Shown here one piece after another: positions 63,001-64,000 of a DNA stretch of 64,000 nt; position 1 is the stretch's first letter, and the number at the start of each line of letters is the position of its first letter. Where the stretch lies: NCBI GenBank assembly GCA_001724265.1, contig MEDY01000125.1, forward strand, positions 1-64,000. The letters run 5' to 3'. A program made the translations under genes and the position numbers. A model generated the notes under the pieces. That model saw only the letters and a list, made by a program, of their open reading frames with translations. It made no database searches and had not been told where the DNA came from. Source of the DNA: Rhizaria sp. SCN 62-66 (Eukaryota).

Positions 63001-64000
63001 ACGGGCGTCAGCAGCTCCACAGCGGCCGCCACGGAGGCGGGCGTCGGGCCCTCAGCGGCGGCCGCGGCGGCCACGGCGGCCGCGTCGGCCTCGGCCTTGC
63101 TCTCGCGGACCGGCGCAGTCGGCAACACCTGTGTTGAAGTAAATAAGACAAGTTACGAAAAAAACAAAAAGGCGAAATGAGATAAAACCAGTCGATAAAC
63201 AAGAAAGTAGCAGAATTGAAGCCAACAATGATCTCGAGTTTGTTTCTGCTTCTGCTTTTGCTTCTGCTGATGTCGTACCTGACTGTAGAAAGTAATGCCG
63301 TTGGCCGCGGCGGCGGTGACGGCGGCGGGCACTGGCTGCTGGGTCCGCTCGAAGTACCAGTCGCAGAGGCGCATGTGGTCGGCGCTGCGCGCGTCGGTGG
63401 CTGCGGTGAAGCCGACGAGGTACTCCCCGCGGAGCGCGAGCACGCGCGCCTGCAGCAGCGGCGTGGTGAGGTCGTTGAGGAAGACCGACACGACGCCCTC
63501 GTGGTAGTCGATCTGCACGACGTTGACCGGCGTGGCCGACCCCGAGGCCGCCTGCGCGCCCGTGCGGGAGGCGAACGAGTCGACCACGCGCGACCGCGCG
63601 CGGGGGGACAGCCGCGGCAGCGACTTGGAGATGGCCGTGGCCGTCGCGTTGGCCGGGATCACGAGATCCGGCATCACCGTCAGCGACGCCGCGGCCACAG
63701 TCGCCGCCGCCGCCGCCGCGGCCTCGGCAGCCGTCGGGGGCGCGCTGCTGGCCGCGCCCGCGCTGCCGTTGAGCGCGAGCAGGCTCGGACCAGCAGCAGG
63801 GGACGTCGCGGCAGCATCGGCAGCATCAGCAGGAGCAGAAGAGCCCTCGTCACCGGCGCTGCTGGCATTGGCGCTAGCAGTACCGGTACCCGTGCCTTTG
63901 CGATTCTTCTTCTCAGTCGCGGCCGTCACTGCTGCGGCCACGGCCGTGACCGCGGCCTGCGCGGCCGAGTCGGCGGCGGCGACTGCGGCGGCGGCGGCCT
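60069..64000 (-). CDS. Membrane protein with L-type-lectin-like, EGF-like and PSI-like segments and a multi-pass C-terminal domain (5' end outside the window)
   Basis: Exons >64000-63279 and 63128-60069; intron 63278-63129 (GTACGA...CAG). VQIDY...VSVFLNDLTTPLL...VGFTAAT...DWYF (legume-lectin-like), CDPGFFGPSC (EGF-like), CGACV...CRWCPSTRRC (PSI-like), and about seven hydrophobic segments. Stop TGA. Confidence 0.75.

Overview
Gene-dense nuclear DNA from a eukaryote, probably a flagellated protist (it encodes IFT139/TTC21 and LRRC56 homologues). Exons are very GC-rich; introns and intergenic DNA are more AT-rich. I can support 22 protein-coding genes, two of them truncated by the window edges: importin-alpha, eEF2, IFT139, V-ATPase c'', peroxisomal thiolase, Cdc48/p97, a VARP-like VPS9 protein, a sphingoid-phosphate phosphatase, Ies6, LRRC56, Atg18/WIPI, an Argonaute, MCT-1, a giant PPR protein, a lectin/EGF/PSI membrane protein and several hypotheticals. 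Main finding: evidence for a non-standard nuclear genetic code. Five in-frame TAG codons interrupt four otherwise intact genes, two of them inside an Argonaute with an intact DEDH tetrad. With TAG read as sense, all 22 gene models end in TAA (11) or TGA (11), and I found no internal TAA/TGA or frameshift in them. This suggests UAG is a sense codon (Gln by context) while UAA remains stop. Introns share an unusual GTRCG donor consensus. I recognised no tRNA, rRNA, CRISPR array or transposon. All family assignments come from motif recognition by eye, not from database searches.
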